The notes beneath the pieces are model-generated. The model saw only the letters and a list, made by a program, of their open reading frames with translations. It had not been told where the DNA came from and did not search any database. Shown here in pieces: positions 49,662-62,685 of a stretch of DNA of 64,000 bases; within the stretch, counting starts at the first letter, position 1; every line of letters begins with the position of its first letter. The stretch comes from Okamejei kenojei (lineage: Eukaryota). The stretch covers positions 18,290,001 through 18,354,000 of the forward strand of contig CM069159.1 in the NCBI GenBank assembly GCA_035221665.1, written 5' to 3'. A program made the position numbers and the translations under genes.

Positions 49662-50076
49662 ATGCAATTGGAGGAACAGTGCCTCATATTTTGCTTGAAC
49701 AGCTGAGAGTCTAGTGGTATGAATATTGATTTCTCTCACTTCAAGTAACGCTCGCATTACTAGTCGTCCGACTAGTTTCACTGCCATCCTGCTTAGTTTC
49801 ACTGCTTACTGTATATCCACTCGTTATTAGTATATCACCTTTTCCACAGCCAACAACAGACCATTGTGGACTCAACCTTTCTTTGATCTGGCTGGCTTTG
49901 ATTTGTTCTTTTCATACCTTTCATTCATTTGTTCTTTGTACCTTTTCATACCTTGAGTTTCCCTCTGCCCTGACTCTCTGTCTGAAGAAGAGTCTCGACC
50001 TGAAATGTCATCTATTCCTTTTCTCCAGAGATGCTGCCTGACCCACTGAGTTGCTCCAGCATTCGGTGTCTATCTT
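49662..50076 (+). mobile_element. Penelope-like element 3' end with terminal hammerhead-family repeat
   Basis: QLEEQCLIFCLNS*..SGMNIDFSHFK*, then UTR, then CTGAAGAAGAGTCTCGACCTGAAATGTC at about 49982-50009. Confidence 0.8.
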
Positions 50077-51964
50077 GCATATTACAGACCTGGGGACGAT
50101 GAATGTGCAGAGGATGGACCGAGCTGTCATTGTGTACATTAAGGATGATAATAGTTTTAACGCTGTAGTTCCTTCCAGCACGTTTAATCAGCCTGGATCT
50201 TTCTTGTGAAAATAGAAGGCTTGAAATTGACTAAATAGAAGTCCTTACTTATCATTCTGAGTTTTCTAAATTTAGTTCGATCGAGATTAATATTTACACG
50301 GGAGAAATAATAAGACTCGAAAACATCAGTAAAAAAAAATAGCAAACTCAAATAGAATTCAGTCATAACTTCTTTATCCAGAGTATTGTGAGAATGTGAA
50401 CTCACACCCACAGGAAGCGGTTGAGGTGAGTGTTACAGATGCTTTTAAGGGGAAGATAGCTCAGCATGTGCAAGGGATTAGAGGCTAAGCTGCTTGAGTT
50501 AGATGATGAGGAGAAATCCAAAGCAGCGCTGAAATCACAACAGGCCTAGTTCTGTGCTCCATATTCCTATAATTCTCTGTGAAGTCTTTGATATCACCAG
50601 CCTAAACCTCTTTTATTCTTCTGTAACTTGGTGACTGCATTTGGCAATCTCGATTTCAAACCATCTTCTTTGCTGTTGTGCAATTTTTCATCATACTGAT
50701 TTTGTCTTTAAATCTTTAAGTAGATGACCGCTTTGAACATGCCAACGACCATCTAAGATTCCCTGCCCCCCACCCCTTCCCCCTTCCCTTCCCCCTTCCC
50801 TTCCATTCCATGTAAACATTGTTAACAGCTGTTTACGAGGCCAAAACGATCAGGTTACACTTCAGATGGTGGCTGGTATTTTCCAACACTGGTCCATTCT
50901 AATTTCTGGCAAATCAAAATCCATTTGATTATGCTATTTCCTAACTGTTTTGTATTGAATTCAATTAATATTTGTAGCGTGTGTCGATGCATTTTTAGCA
51001 CAAAATCCAAAGTGAGAAAATTCTCATTTTTGCAATTTGACAATCTTTGTTTGCAATTGAACAGCAGGCAGTGACTGTTGCAAATTGGGAAAAAAAATGG
51101 TTTATAAATAATTGTCAGATTACAGGAACAAAAATTTGCATAATAAATATTTGGCATCATGCGTTGTTTATCTTTTCATATTGGGACTGTGGCAGCGTCC
51201 TGCAGGGTTTTACTATTCAAGCAATTGACTATTTCCCAATGCTTTTTCCATACAGTGCCAAGGTATTGTTTTCGTCAGTTGTCCTTGTCCCCAGTAGGTG
51301 AGGAGGCAGGGTGCATTATTTTTCTTGGAACCATTTGCCATAACTAACGTACATAATGAACCTACTTCCCACCATCCTGGTTTCGTGTCAGTTTCGTGCC
51401 ATCTGTTCAATCCCTTATTTTCGTTTCAATCCCTTAAGATTTCTCATTTGAGTGACTTCTGTTTATTTATTCCCTGTCTTGATGAGCCTTTAATTTTCCT
51501 CCCAAATGCATCTTGCAAATATTTGAGATGTGCTCAGCATCACCATCTCTTTGAAACTTCAGCTTCAAGCATAACCTTGTAAGACGTCTACGAAGCTGAC
51601 CAGTTAACAGGAGGCCCATCGTGTTCCTGTTTGTGTTTTACGCAGAACAGATTGCTGTTCCAATCTCCTCGACTGTTAAAATCATTGTCCTTCCTTTCAC
51701 TGTCCTGTTCCCTTTTTGTAACTCCAAAATGATGCTATGTTCTCTTACGTGGCAAATAATACTTTTGGCCCGCATTTTATTCATATTTCTCCTCCCATTC
51801 TATGACATTAAAAATGTGTGTTCCTGTTCTTGAATCTTTTGCTGATGGGGACAGCTTCCCTCTGTTACTCGATCTAATGGGTTCTGTCGACCCCTTATCA
51901 AATCCTCTCATCCTTTGCTGCAAGGATTAAAACCCCCTGATTCTCCATTCAGATCTTCAAACCC

Positions 51965-52460
51965 ATGAATCACACAGAACAGTACAGCAAAGGAACAGGC
52001 ACTTTGGCCCATCCTTGCCTGCTCTGATCATAATGTCAAATTAAACTCATACCATCTGTCTGCATATGGCATGTGTCCCTCTAGTCTCTGCTTCTTCGTG
52101 TCTGTTTAAATGCCTCTTACCTGCTTCTACTTTCTCCCCAAGCAGTGTGTTCCAGGCAAGCAGGACTTTAAAAAAAAACTTGCATTACAAATCTCCTTTT
52201 AACTCACCTCTCTCACCTTAAAGACTGACAAAAATGCTGGAGCAACTCAGTGGGTGAGGCAGCATCTATGGAGAGAACATACGTCCTCTAGTAGTTGACA
52301 TGTTCATCCCCTGGGAAAAATATGTAGATTAACTGACATGTCTCTCATAATTCTATGCACTTCCACAGGACGTTTCACAGCCCCCGAGGCTTCAGAGATA
52401 ATATTCCAGGTTTGTAGCTAAAACTCTTAATGCCTGGAATTATTCCAGTAAACCCTTCTG
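51965..52460 (-). mobile_element. Older CR1-type 3' fragment
   Basis: AGAACAGTACAGCAAAGGAACAGGC..GCAGTGTGTTCCAGGCA..CTCTCACCTTAAA. Confidence 0.65.
52225..52277 (-). mobile_element. Hammerhead-family fragment nested in CR1
   Basis: ACAAAAATGCTGGAGCAACTCAGTGGGTGAGGCAGCATCTATGGAG. Confidence 0.6.
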
Positions 52461-53064
52461 TTCCAAATAGACATTTGTTTTAAAGCAGTTGGCCTTTTTA
52501 TTTCAATCCTAATAACAACTAGTAGATGATAAGACATTTTAAATAATAAGCCAATGTTTTTCCACTACTAATGTCTGATTTCATTCCCTGGGCAGCTTTC
52601 GTGGCTGTCAGACCTAAATGAATAAAAAAAGTGTGCATTTGGGCCAAATGAGGTTGTAAGTAGTTGGTTGCCTAAGTGCAGCTGAAAGCCAGGAATATAG
52701 TCCTCATTATTTATTTACATGCAGACAAACCAATTTAAAGCACTTCACTGCAGCTGTGTAGTGTTGAAAAACTAAATGTGCATAATGCAGTTAGTATTGT
52801 TTACTTCATTAATGAACTTTTAATCACAGCATGCCTTAACCCCATTTATGCAACATTTTAGTCAAAACTGAGGTCATCATTCAATGCTCAAATAAAATAA
52901 ATCTGGAGAGTTTTCTACATTTATAGATTGGTTGAGAAAACCAATGGAAGACGAACTGCTTGGCTTCCTTTATGCTGGTTCTGACTTAGCTCGTCCTGGT
53001 AGAGCAGGCAGTCTGAACCTTTCTATGAGGATGGAAAAATCAAATGCTAGAAGGCGTAGCTATA

Positions 53065-53320
53065 AGATGAGAGGGACAACGTTTAAAGGATTTAACTTTT
53101 AACACGGTGGGCGGTGAATGCCTGGAACAGGTGGCCAGGTTTAGTGGTTGAGGCATATATGATAACGGCATTTAGGAGACATTTGGATAGGCATGTGGAT
53201 AAGCAGGAAATGGAGGGATATGGATTATATGCAGGTCGATAAGAGACAGTCTTGGCATCATATTTGGCACATACATTGTGGGCTGAAGGGCCTTTTCTTG
53301 TGCTGACCTGTTCTATGATC
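53065..53320 (+). mobile_element. CR1-type 3' fragment
   Basis: GTGAATGCCTGGAAC..ATTTGGATAGGCATG..GTGGGCTGAAGGGCC..TGTTCTATG. Confidence 0.7.
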
Positions 53321-53824
53321 TTCACATTGTTTGAGTCATTGGCAACTTCATCAAGTGCAATCCTCAGGTTATACCTTGTAGATATCAGCTGGCAAGTGGA
53401 ATCAGTACTGAATTCCTGGACCCTAACTTTTCCCTCTGCCTCTCTTTCGATGTGACAATATTGAATCATGGTATCATATTTCATTCCAAAGGCCACTGTC
53501 TTCACTTTCTTCCCCATTGAAGTTGGTTTGGTCTCATACTAAGTTTCAGACAATGAAGCAGTGGAGCTACCATAATGAAAATATGATTTCACCAGGTAGG
53601 AGTTCATGCGTTATAAAATAGAATTTCCTGAGATGGTCACATTATGGAATATCATTCTTGAATGTGAGCAACTTACTGATGCAGAGTGCTGCCATATCCA
53701 CCCACAACAATGTCCTTTTGCACACTCGCACAGACACTTGTTAATCTCCCTTTCCATTTTTGTCAGAATTGGTGATAGAACAAATAACTTGTAAAACGTT
53801 TTCAATAAACCTTCTCGTTTATCT

Positions 53825-54675
53825 GTTCTGGTCCCTGCCTTTCATCCCACTAGCCTCCGCCTGCATCCAGCACATAATTTCCGCCACTTTCAATTCACCA
53901 CAGGGACCACACATTGCATAGCCTTTTGGCTCGTTCATCTCCTCAACCACCTTTCCCCCCCCACCCAAGGAACTCCCCCTCCCTGCAACTACAGGAGATG
54001 TAACACCTATCCTCTACTGTTCCTTCCTCGTCTCCATTCACCTCTCCCAAACTGCTTTTCCAGGTGGGACAGGGGTTTGCATGAAACTCCTCCAGCCTAG
54101 CCTGCAGCATGTGGTGCTCTCCATCTGACCTCCTCTACATGTCTGACATAATGGTTAGACAAGGTGATCACTTTGACAAACATGTGCTCCGTCCACCAGG
54201 GCCAGCTGAGGTTTCTGTTCAGAACCCAATTGAATTCCCTTCCCTTTCGCAGACTGATCTGTCTGGTTACCCCATGTCCCCTCTTCCATCCACTCTTCTT
54301 CCACCATGCCCTATCAACCTCCTTCATCCCTCCCTCTGGATCAATATTTCAGTCTCCACCTTCCTTCCTTCTCAGAGGTTTGTCTTTCGTCTTTTCCACT
54401 TATCACCTCCATACTTTCTCCTCCCACCTCTCCCCCACTTAACTCACATGCCAACAACCCCTTCACACATGGACCCACCTATCACTCACTATCTCTTGTT
54501 CCACACCTTCCCCCATCACCTCTTTCTGTTGGCTGTCTACCCTCTACTCTCTGTTGGAAGATTGGTACTAACCAGAAACATCTGTCCATTTCCCTCCACA
54601 GATGCTGCCTGACCCGTTGAGTTCTTCCAGCAGTTTGGTTTTTGCTCAAAATGTTAGCATCTGCAGTCTCTTGTG
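53825..54675 (+). mobile_element. Degenerate Penelope-like element 3' portion (linker, GIY-YIG, terminal repeat)
   Basis: FHPTSLR..QHII.RHF, PCNYRRCNT, FQVGQGF, WCSPSDLLYMSD..RQGDHFDKH, SPSLSQTDLS. Terminal repeat CCATTTCCCTCCACAGATGCTGCCTGACCCGTTGAGTT at about 54586-54624. Confidence 0.75.
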
Positions 54676-55356
54676 AATACCTTAACTTGAAGATCACTGT
54701 GAAATTTCTATTTTTATGAAGTTTGTGAGTCTTCTGTGCCTGGCTTTCTTTCTATCTTGCCTATTTCTTCACTTTTCCCGTGGGAAGAATGCCTTTGTCA
54801 TAGCTTTAAGCGCACTCGTATATCTAGCAGCTTGCCCAAGAGCCCATTATTTGCAATGAGTTGTGATTGCATGTGATTTCAGATGGTTGGAATTCTGCAG
54901 CTCCGTAAATGAGAATATTTCATTCCTCCACACCTGCAGTCCAGTGGGAACAGTTTTACCAGGGGAACCTGCACATAATCAAGAGTATTCATTCTCTCTC
55001 TTGATTTTTTTTTTCTCTCCAACTTCTCCAAAGTGTTGCCCCAAATGTATAAACTCAGTGAATCTGCAGAGCCTGGTAATAATTCAGTTGTTCAATGTTA
55101 GAGGTGAAATCTTGCAGAGAAAAAAAATGAAGCAACTTCCCACAATACACTTAATCCCTGTTATTTACAATGGGCAGGAACACAAACTACCAATGGATAA
55201 TAAAAGTGCAGATACTGCCAAGGCCTTTTATGTACCCAAAAAACCCATAAATACACCATATAATATTATGCAAGTATTAACACATTAACAAACATTAAAC
55301 CAATGATATATTTAAAATATAACTATTTTAAAAGATCACAAAAGGTGCATAAATTT

Positions 55357-55628
55357 TGTTAGTTTAGTTTAGAGATGCAACACGGAAACAGGCCCTTCAG
55401 CCCTCCGAGTTCATGCTGACCATCGATCACCCAATCATGCTAGTTCTGTGTTATCCCACTTTAGCATCTACACCCTATACACCAGGGGCAATTTATAGTG
55501 ACCAATTAGCCTACAAACTTACCCGTATTCTGCCCGCTCACGTGCAAACTCCACACAGACAGCACCCAAGGTCAGGATTAAACCCTTCTCTGGTGCTGTG
55601 AGTCACCACATCTACAATCTCTGCTACT
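55357..55628 (-). mobile_element. HE1-like V-SINE
   Basis: TTAGTTTAGTTTAGAGATG..CAAACTCCACACAGACAGCACCC. Confidence 0.78.
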
Positions 55629-55737
55629 GATTATTTACAGTAATCCAAGATGGACCTGGATGGGACTATGATATGTGGATGCTCCGATTCAGGTGGCATG
55701 GGAGATGTGCACAAAGGAACACACTTGAGCACTAGAA

Positions 55738-56100
55738 GGATAGTAAAAGACCTGGATAGACTGGATGCGGAGAGGATGTTTCCACTTCTGAGAGAGTCTA
55801 GGACCAGAGGCCATAGCCTCAGAATAAAAGGACATATCTTCAGAAAGGAGATGAGGAGGAATTCCTTTAGTCATGCAGTGGTGAATCTGTGGAATTCATT
55901 ACCACGGATGGCTGTGGAGGCCAAGTCAATGGATATTTTCAAGGCGGAGATTGACAGATTCTTGATTAGTGTGGGTGTCAGTGGTTATGGGGAAAAGGCA
56001 GGAGAATGGGGTTGAGAGCAAAAGATAGATCATCCATGATTGAATGGCAGAGTAGACTTGATGGGCCGAATGCCCTCATTCTGCTCTTGGAATTTATGAA
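55738..56100 (+). mobile_element. CR1/HER1 LINE 3' fragment
   Basis: ORF 55650-56015 contains LDRLDAERMFPL..ESRTRGHSLRIKG..FRKEMRRN.FS..VVNLWNSLP. Confidence 0.88.
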
Positions 56101-56109
56101 TGTTTGAAG

Positions 56110-56207
56110 ATGTCTGCGGAGGAATTCTGACCCAAAACGTCACCTATTCCTTTTCCCCCAGAGATGCTGCCTGACACGCTGAGTTACTCCAGCATTTTAT
56201 GTCTACA
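56110..56207 (+). mobile_element. Hammerhead-family short element
   Basis: GTCTGCGGAGG..GACCCAAAACGTCACCTATTCC..CTGAGTTACTCCAGCATTTT. Confidence 0.7.
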
Positions 56208-56754
56208 CCTGTGGATGGTATCTGCAAGCAGTAGCAGTCTTTTGCGGTCATTTCAATTTTTGATGATCAGTCTCAAAATCAAGGGCTGTAGAAAATAAAA
56301 CATAGAGTCTGAGACTGACGTCATGATAACAAATCAGCAGATAATGAGGACTGAATACAACAATCTGAAAATGCTCTAATGTTGAAATAGTGCTGCTGAT
56401 GCATTATTCCCACTGAGATTACTTGTGAGCTAATCAGCTACAAGCATGAATGACTTCCAGAGAGCACCTGGGCAATCTAAACAAATCGAGAATTATCAAA
56501 TGTTTTTCATTTCTATAATTGTAAAATATAATTTCCATGTTTAACTTTTAAGACAAACACAGCTCTTGTACATTCATCCTTCATGACAGCGTAGCACATT
56601 TGTTTACACTGATAAGAACATAAGCATATTAGGAGCAGAATTAGGCCATATGGTCCCTCAAGCCTGATAAAATTTGACAAGAGTTTTCATTTTTTTAAAT
56701 GATAATCGTTTCCATTTGCATAAGGTTGAAAAGACTGAACATGTATGCTGCAAT

Positions 56755-56892
56755 AAAAGCAGCAGATGCTGGAAACACACAGCAGGTCGGGCAGCATCTG
56801 TGGACCTGGGAAAACAAGGATAACATTTCCATACCTCCATTATTTTCAGTCTTGGTTGCAGATCTCCAGCCTCTGCAGTTTTATTTTTGCTT
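56755..56892. mobile_element. Older PLE-derived short element
   Basis: GCAGATGCTGGAAACACACAGCAGGTCGGGCAGCATCTGTGG ... CTCCAGCCTCTGCAGTT. Confidence 0.5.
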
Positions 56893-57639
56893 TTCAATTA
56901 CATAAATATACACTCAGTTTGTTTATATGCAATTAATTTCAAGCCTACTTGAATTTTAGTAACTCTTCAGTAGTTTGCAGAGAAGCAGCTGACATCAAAA
57001 TAAATATTTCCCACCTCTTGAAAGCTCAACATTTGTCCACTTGATCCTTGCAACATGATCGAGTTCATAAAAGCAAAAGATGACTGCTTTTAGTGGTGCT
57101 TCAGTTTACACAATGTGATTTTATTTTCAGCAGTTATTTTTGTGGATTTAATCTGAAAACAAGATCAGATTCCTGTTTGTTAATTTTAGGCTGGAATCTT
57201 TACCTTCTACTTTTAAGATCAGAGAAAATCTCTTGTTATGTCCCGAAAAGGCAGGTTGGTTCTGCAAGGTGACAGGAAGCACATTTGATTATTTTTGGTA
57301 GAGTTTGCTTATTTTAGCATTCTGGTCCTTGTACATTATCCAATTCCTTGCATCACCCTTTAAGTTTGCATTTTAGATGCTATCACTTTTGCAAAGTGCA
57401 TCACCTCAATTAGTGCACCAAAGTTTGAAGCCTTGGGCTGAGATTTCTGATATGACACATTGTGAAGCAATTTCATGCCAAACAATTTTTTCTCCCCTCT
57501 TGTGATTGATGCCTATTGGCTTACTGCCTTCAAGATTTGATAGCTTTAGCCAGAAGGAGAAGAGCAACGAGTACATTGGAACACCGATTGCAAGTTACTT
57601 CCAACTTGCAACCTCATCTTGATTTGAAAATATGTTCAT

Positions 57640-58246
57640 ACGTCATAAGATCATGTGATAGGAGTAGAATTAGGCCATTCGGCAATTCAAGTCGACTGCC
57701 ATTCAATTATGGCTGATCTATCTCTCTCTCCATTCTCCTGCCTTCTCCCAATCATCTCTCACCCGTACTAATCAAGAATCTATCTGTCTCAGCCTCCACA
57801 CTATTCTGTGGCAAAGAATTCCACAGATTCCGCACCCTCTAACTAAAGAAATTTCTCCTCATCTCCTTCCTAAAAGAACGTCCTTTAATTCTGAGGCTAT
57901 GACCTCTAGTCCTAGACTCTCCCATGAGTGGAAACACCCTCTTCACATCCACTCTATCCAAGCCTTTCATTATTCTGTACATTTCGATGAGGTCTCCACA
58001 CATTCTTCTAAACTCCAGCGCATAAAAGGGGACGGTGCCGCCAAATGCTCATCATATGTTAACCTAATTCCTGGGATCATTCTTGTAAGCCTCCCCTGGA
58101 CCCTCTCCAGAGCCAGCACATCCTTCCTCAGATATGGTGCCCAAAACTGCTCACAATATTCCAAATGCGGCCTGACCAGAGCCTTATAGAGCCTCAGCAT
58201 CACATCTCTGTTTTTGTGTACAAGCCCTCTCAAAATAAATGCTAGC
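57640..58246 (-). mobile_element. CR1/HER1 LINE 3' fragment
   Basis: ORF 57970-58362(-) contains MLAFILRGLVHKNRDVMLRLYKALVRPHLEYCEQFWAPYLRKDVLALERVQGRLTRMIPG. Confidence 0.9.
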
Positions 58247-58348
58247 ATAATAAATGAATGATGTTGTTCTATCACTAACACTGGGATAAAAGCATCAGAC
58301 TTAATGATAGGAATGGTGGGAGGACTACATGTTAAGCAGATCAAGACG

Positions 58349-58928
58349 GTGGGCAGCTTCACTTGGGCAGCTTACAAGTTACAACACAATATTTTGAGTA
58401 TTGATTTTGTTAACTTTAAGTAACCCTTGCTTTCCCTCTCTCTCTGTCTCTCCCCCACCCTTACAAGTCGAGGTATACAAACAGCAACATTAATCAGGAG
58501 GACAGCGAAACTAGTAGGAGAACCTATAGAGCCTCAGCATTACATCTCTGTTTTTGTATACAAGTCCTCTCGATGATTTTATCCCAGTGTTAGTGATAGA
58601 ACAATGACATTAATTTATTATGCTAGCATTTATTTCGAGAGGGCTTGTATACAAAAACAGAGATATAATGCTGAGGCTCTATAAGTTCTCCTACTAGTTT
58701 CGCTGTCCTCCTGATTAATGTTGCTGTATGTATACCTCAACGGCAGCTTCCCCTCAACCAACAATGGACCATAGTACATTTCCTCGATCATTTGCACCCT
58801 TCCATAGCTCTAGTTTCCCTCTCCCCTGATTCTCAGTCTGAGAAAAGGGTCTCTACCCAAAACGCAGCCCATTTCTTCTCTCCAGAGATGCCCACCCCGC
58901 TGAGTTACTCCAGCATTTTGTGTTTATC
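58349..58928 (+). mobile_element. Penelope-like element 3' end containing an internal inverted rearrangement
   Basis: TTGGGCAGCTTACAA..ATTGATTTTGTTAACTTTAAGTAA (LGSLQ..IDF.NFK*), the same UTR as the 27061+ and 49750+ copies, and a terminal repeat at about 58834-58928. Confidence 0.75.
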
Positions 58929-59182
58929 AAGGTGGATCACCAACTCCAGAGCAAACAGTTATGGATGATGTTATTCGCAGACTTGTTCATTTACAACCAC
59001 ATTTTGTCAGATATTAAAACCGTTGATGAACATCCTGGAAACATTCCTGATAAAAAATTTCAAACCTTGATGATATTGAGAAAATACAAGTTGAGCCTTC
59101 AAATTTTCGAGTAATTTTTATGCTGCCAAATAACTTGCACTGAATAAACACTGGTTGTTGGAGAAAGACAACATGTTGATAA

Positions 59183-59445
59183 ATGATAGGAGCAGAATTA
59201 GGCGATTCAGCTCATCAAGTCCATTCCACATTCAATCATGGCTGATCTATCTCTCTTAACCCCATTCTCCTGCCTTACCCCCATAACCCCTGACACCCGT
59301 ACTAATCAAGAATCTTTCTATCTCTACCGCAAAAATATCCATTGACTTTGTCTCCACAGCCTTCTGTGGCGATGAATTCCATGAAATCACCTCCCTCTGA
59401 CCAAATAAATTCCTCCTTGTCTCCTTCCTAAAGGAACACCCTTTA
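59183..59445 (-). mobile_element. CR1/HER1 LINE 3' fragment
   Basis: ORF 59256-59471(-) contains FRKETRRNLFGQR..ISWNSSPQKAVE..GVRGYGGKAGEWG. Confidence 0.85.
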
Positions 59446-59561
59446 ACATCTGTTATGATTAAGACCCGCACTTCAGAACTAGTTATGCCTTTCGTCGTGC
59501 TGCTCGATTAAAGTTACAACCTTTTCTTCCGCTTGACAACGTCAGTAAAACCTTTTATATA

Positions 59562-59690
59562 AAAAAAACAGGACAAATTCAATCCCATTAATTACTGCCA
59601 AATCAGTCCACTCTCAATCAGCAAAGTGATGGAAGCCATCATTGACAGTGCTGTCAAGTGGCACTTACTCAATATTAACCTGCTCCCAAT
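59562..59690 (+). mobile_element. Non-LTR retrotransposon RT N-terminal fragment
   Basis: DKFNPINYCQISPLS(I)SKVMEAIIDSAVKWHLLNINLL resembles the conserved NYRPISLLS..SKV.E block. Confidence 0.65.
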
Positions 59691-60571
59691 TTCACTCACA
59701 AGCTAATTCCAGAATGTAACGCACTTCCCACGTTCAAAACTGCCCACTGTTTCCTGGAAATGTCTTTTTATGTCACCCAGGATGGGGGACATTCTGAAGT
59801 TGGTATTTGAATGAATTTTGGGAGCAGAGTTTGAGAAACGTTTCTCCTCTCTCTGATCAGCGTCATGTATGATGGCCGCGCTCTTTGTTATGGCTTGAAT
59901 CTCAGGTATTTGATTCCTCACGGTATCTTACCTTAACTTTGCAGCTATTATTGTTTGTGACGAATTAATGTCATTGTAGCCTCTGGTTTTTGAAGAAAAA
60001 CGATCGGCAAGTTATAAATTCCCCAAGATGTGGAATGAACTGAATGACCACTTTCTAATCCTGGCTTTGTAAGTTGAACCGTAATGTACTCGGGGTGATA
60101 TCCAGTTGATGAGATGGCTTCCATGAGCTGGTTCTGCATCATTTGATTTCTCTATATTCGGAATACAATGCAATGTCTGGCTGTAGGGCTAGATGGCCGC
60201 TTTTGAATCAGTGCATGCCTGGAAACATGTTGATTCTATTTGAAAGTGGCAGTTATATAGCTCAAATCCTATCTTTCGCAATCCTCCTTTTACAAACATG
60301 CTGCAATGTCTTTCAAGTGCTTTTATCATCTCACAGTTGCTCTTTTAAGATTAACTTTTTTTTCTCTGTGGATGACACCATTCCACTCTCATTTACTGCA
60401 GACTGTAATTTACTGTACTCTGAACAATGGATAGTAAATTGCTATTAACCTACACAACAGCATTCTTTGAAAATATTTGCTCTCTGTAAATATTTGTGCC
60501 GATGAATTGCATGTGAAAACAAAATAGGTACGCTGGTACCTTGATTTCACAACAGTTTTAAGCATTTGTGA

Positions 60572-60915
60572 GATCATAACCCATCAGGGCATTCAGCCCA
60601 TCGAGTCTGCTCCTCCATTCTGATCTACTTTTCACTCTCCACCACATTCTCCAAGCTTTTCCCCATAATCTTTGCCACTCTTACTCTTTGGGGAAACTAA
60701 TAATCACCGCTCTCCAAAAATACCCAGTGACTGGGCTTCCACAGCCATCTATGGCAATGAATTGCACAAATTCACCACCCTCAGTCTAAAGAAATCCCTC
60801 CTCATCTCCATTCTGAAGGTACGCCCTTTTATTGTGAGGATGTGCTCTCTGGTCCTAGTCTCTCCCATAACTGGAAATATCCACTCAACCGAGACCTTTC
60901 ATTATTTGGTAGACT
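60572..60915 (-). mobile_element. CR1-type 3' fragment
   Basis: GGCATTCAGCCCATCGAGTCTGCTCC..GGCAATGAATTGCACAAATTCACCACCCTC..CTGGTCCTAGTCTCTCCC. Confidence 0.75.
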
Positions 60916-61173
60916 TACTCAAATTCAAATAGGTTTATAATTCGCTGCTTGATGATTTATCAGGTTCCTTGGCTAAACTACAGGTTATGATTCAGCCACA
61001 TGGTAACCATTTTAATTTATTGTCCACCATTTGGCATGAAAATAGCTTTTATTCTAATATAATGCAAGTTAAACTAGACATTTAAATTTGATAAAGCATG
61101 TTAAGTTCTCATATTGTAAAATGGAAGGAATTGTAATGTCTTAACGAACAGTCGCATTCATTCCACGGCCCTT

Positions 61174-61465
61174 TTTAGAGATGGGAGCATGGAAACGGGC
61201 CCTTCGGCCCTCGGAGTCCGCATGTTATCCCAGTTTTGCATCCTACACAATAGGGGCAATTTACAGAAGCCAATTAACTTACACAAACCTGTACATCTTG
61301 GGAAAAGAAATGGGAGGAAACCGCATTTTATGCACCTGGAGAAAAACTGACATAGTCACAGGGAGAAAGTACAAACACTGCACAGACAACACCTATAATC
61401 AGGATTGATCCCAGGTCTCTGGCGCTGCAAGCCACCAGATCTACTGCTCATCCACTGTGTCGTGT
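61174..61465 (-). mobile_element. HE1-like V-SINE
   Basis: TTTAGAGAT..GGAAACGGGCCCTTCGGCCC..GGTCTCTGGCGCTG. Confidence 0.75.
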
Positions 61466-61715
61466 GCTATGTATAACTCAGTGCAGCAGGACCTCAAAGT
61501 ATCGAATAGTTGAGCTAATTTGGATCCTGTTAATGTGTTAATGTATCCTGCGTTAATATGTTGCGGGATATCGACCAAGGTATGGTGACTGCCTTCAATC
61601 AACAAGTGCTTCTCTGCCTTGTGTTTGAATGAATCATGACAGCATCAAAAATCCCAACTCCCAATCCCCCTCCATTCTCTTTGCCTTATCATGCATTTGT
61701 GAGCACGGTTGCTGA

Positions 61716-61930
61716 AGGGGCTGTCCCACTTTCACGACCTCTGCCGAGTTTGCCCTTGACTCGTACTCGCAGCATGGTCATCATGAGGTCGTAGGAGGTC
61801 GTAGGTAGGTTGTGATGCTAGTCGTAGTTACTCGTGGCATCAAGTAGGTCGGAGCATTTTTGCAACATGATGAAAAATGTCCACGAGTAAAAAAGGTTGT
61901 GCATTAGGTCTTGAAAGTTGGACAGGCCCT
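61716..61930. mobile_element. PIF/Harbinger-type MITE
   Basis: TIRs AGGGGCTGTCCCACTTTCA / TGAAAGTTGGACAGGCCCT, with a 3-bp TSD TGA at 61713-61715 and 61931-61933. Confidence 0.85.
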
Positions 61931-62685
61931 TGAGAGGGTACCTCTGTTTCTCCCAGCTATGATATTTGAATTTGTTCTACCTTTTGAATCACCAAGCTAT
62001 TTTAATTACAATTTAAAATAGCTTCCTATAGCAAACACCATCTTTAATTTCCCTCTCATAGATCAGGTGACCTGTTACGTTACATAACAGCTGAATATCT
62101 TACCAATATCAACTCTTCCTGTGTTAACCAATCTCAGCAAGCTTTTATATATTTGTTCCATTGAGTGTATCAAAGTGAGAACATTTCACCTGGCCATATA
62201 AATGTTGAAGTTGAAGCGAAGAGATTGATATTATTCTGAATTTTGGAAATGGGTAAGTACTAGGTACTATTTTGCCTAAGTACTAGGCAAAATGCAGTAA
62301 AAGATTATTAATGAAAACAAAACCCAAAAGGGGATGGAAATGTTTATTGGATTTGGTTAACTTCTGTGGTCTATTTTATGTTTGTCAGCTTGAAACCTTT
62401 TCAGATTCATAGAATGGCTACAGTTTGGAAGGCCATTCAGTCCATCATGCATGTGTCAGTGCTCTACCAGGGACAATCAGACATTACAGCTAGGAAATGT
62501 CCCTCACTGTGCATTTATCAAAGTTTGCCCTGTACATCACAATGGAACCCACCAGGACAGGACACACTTGCATGAAGTTCATTTCAGAACTCACCTCCCG
62601 CTGTGTTTAAATATAGAAGTTTTTCAAAACAAGGGCTGGAAAGGACGTTACAGCTTGCATACTCATCCTTTGCTATGAGCTCCAC

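Noticed and set aside
54109-54620. 167-aa Pro/Ser/Leu-rich ORF
   Set aside because: It is read-through of degenerate Penelope GIY-YIG sequence into its pyrimidine-rich UTR.
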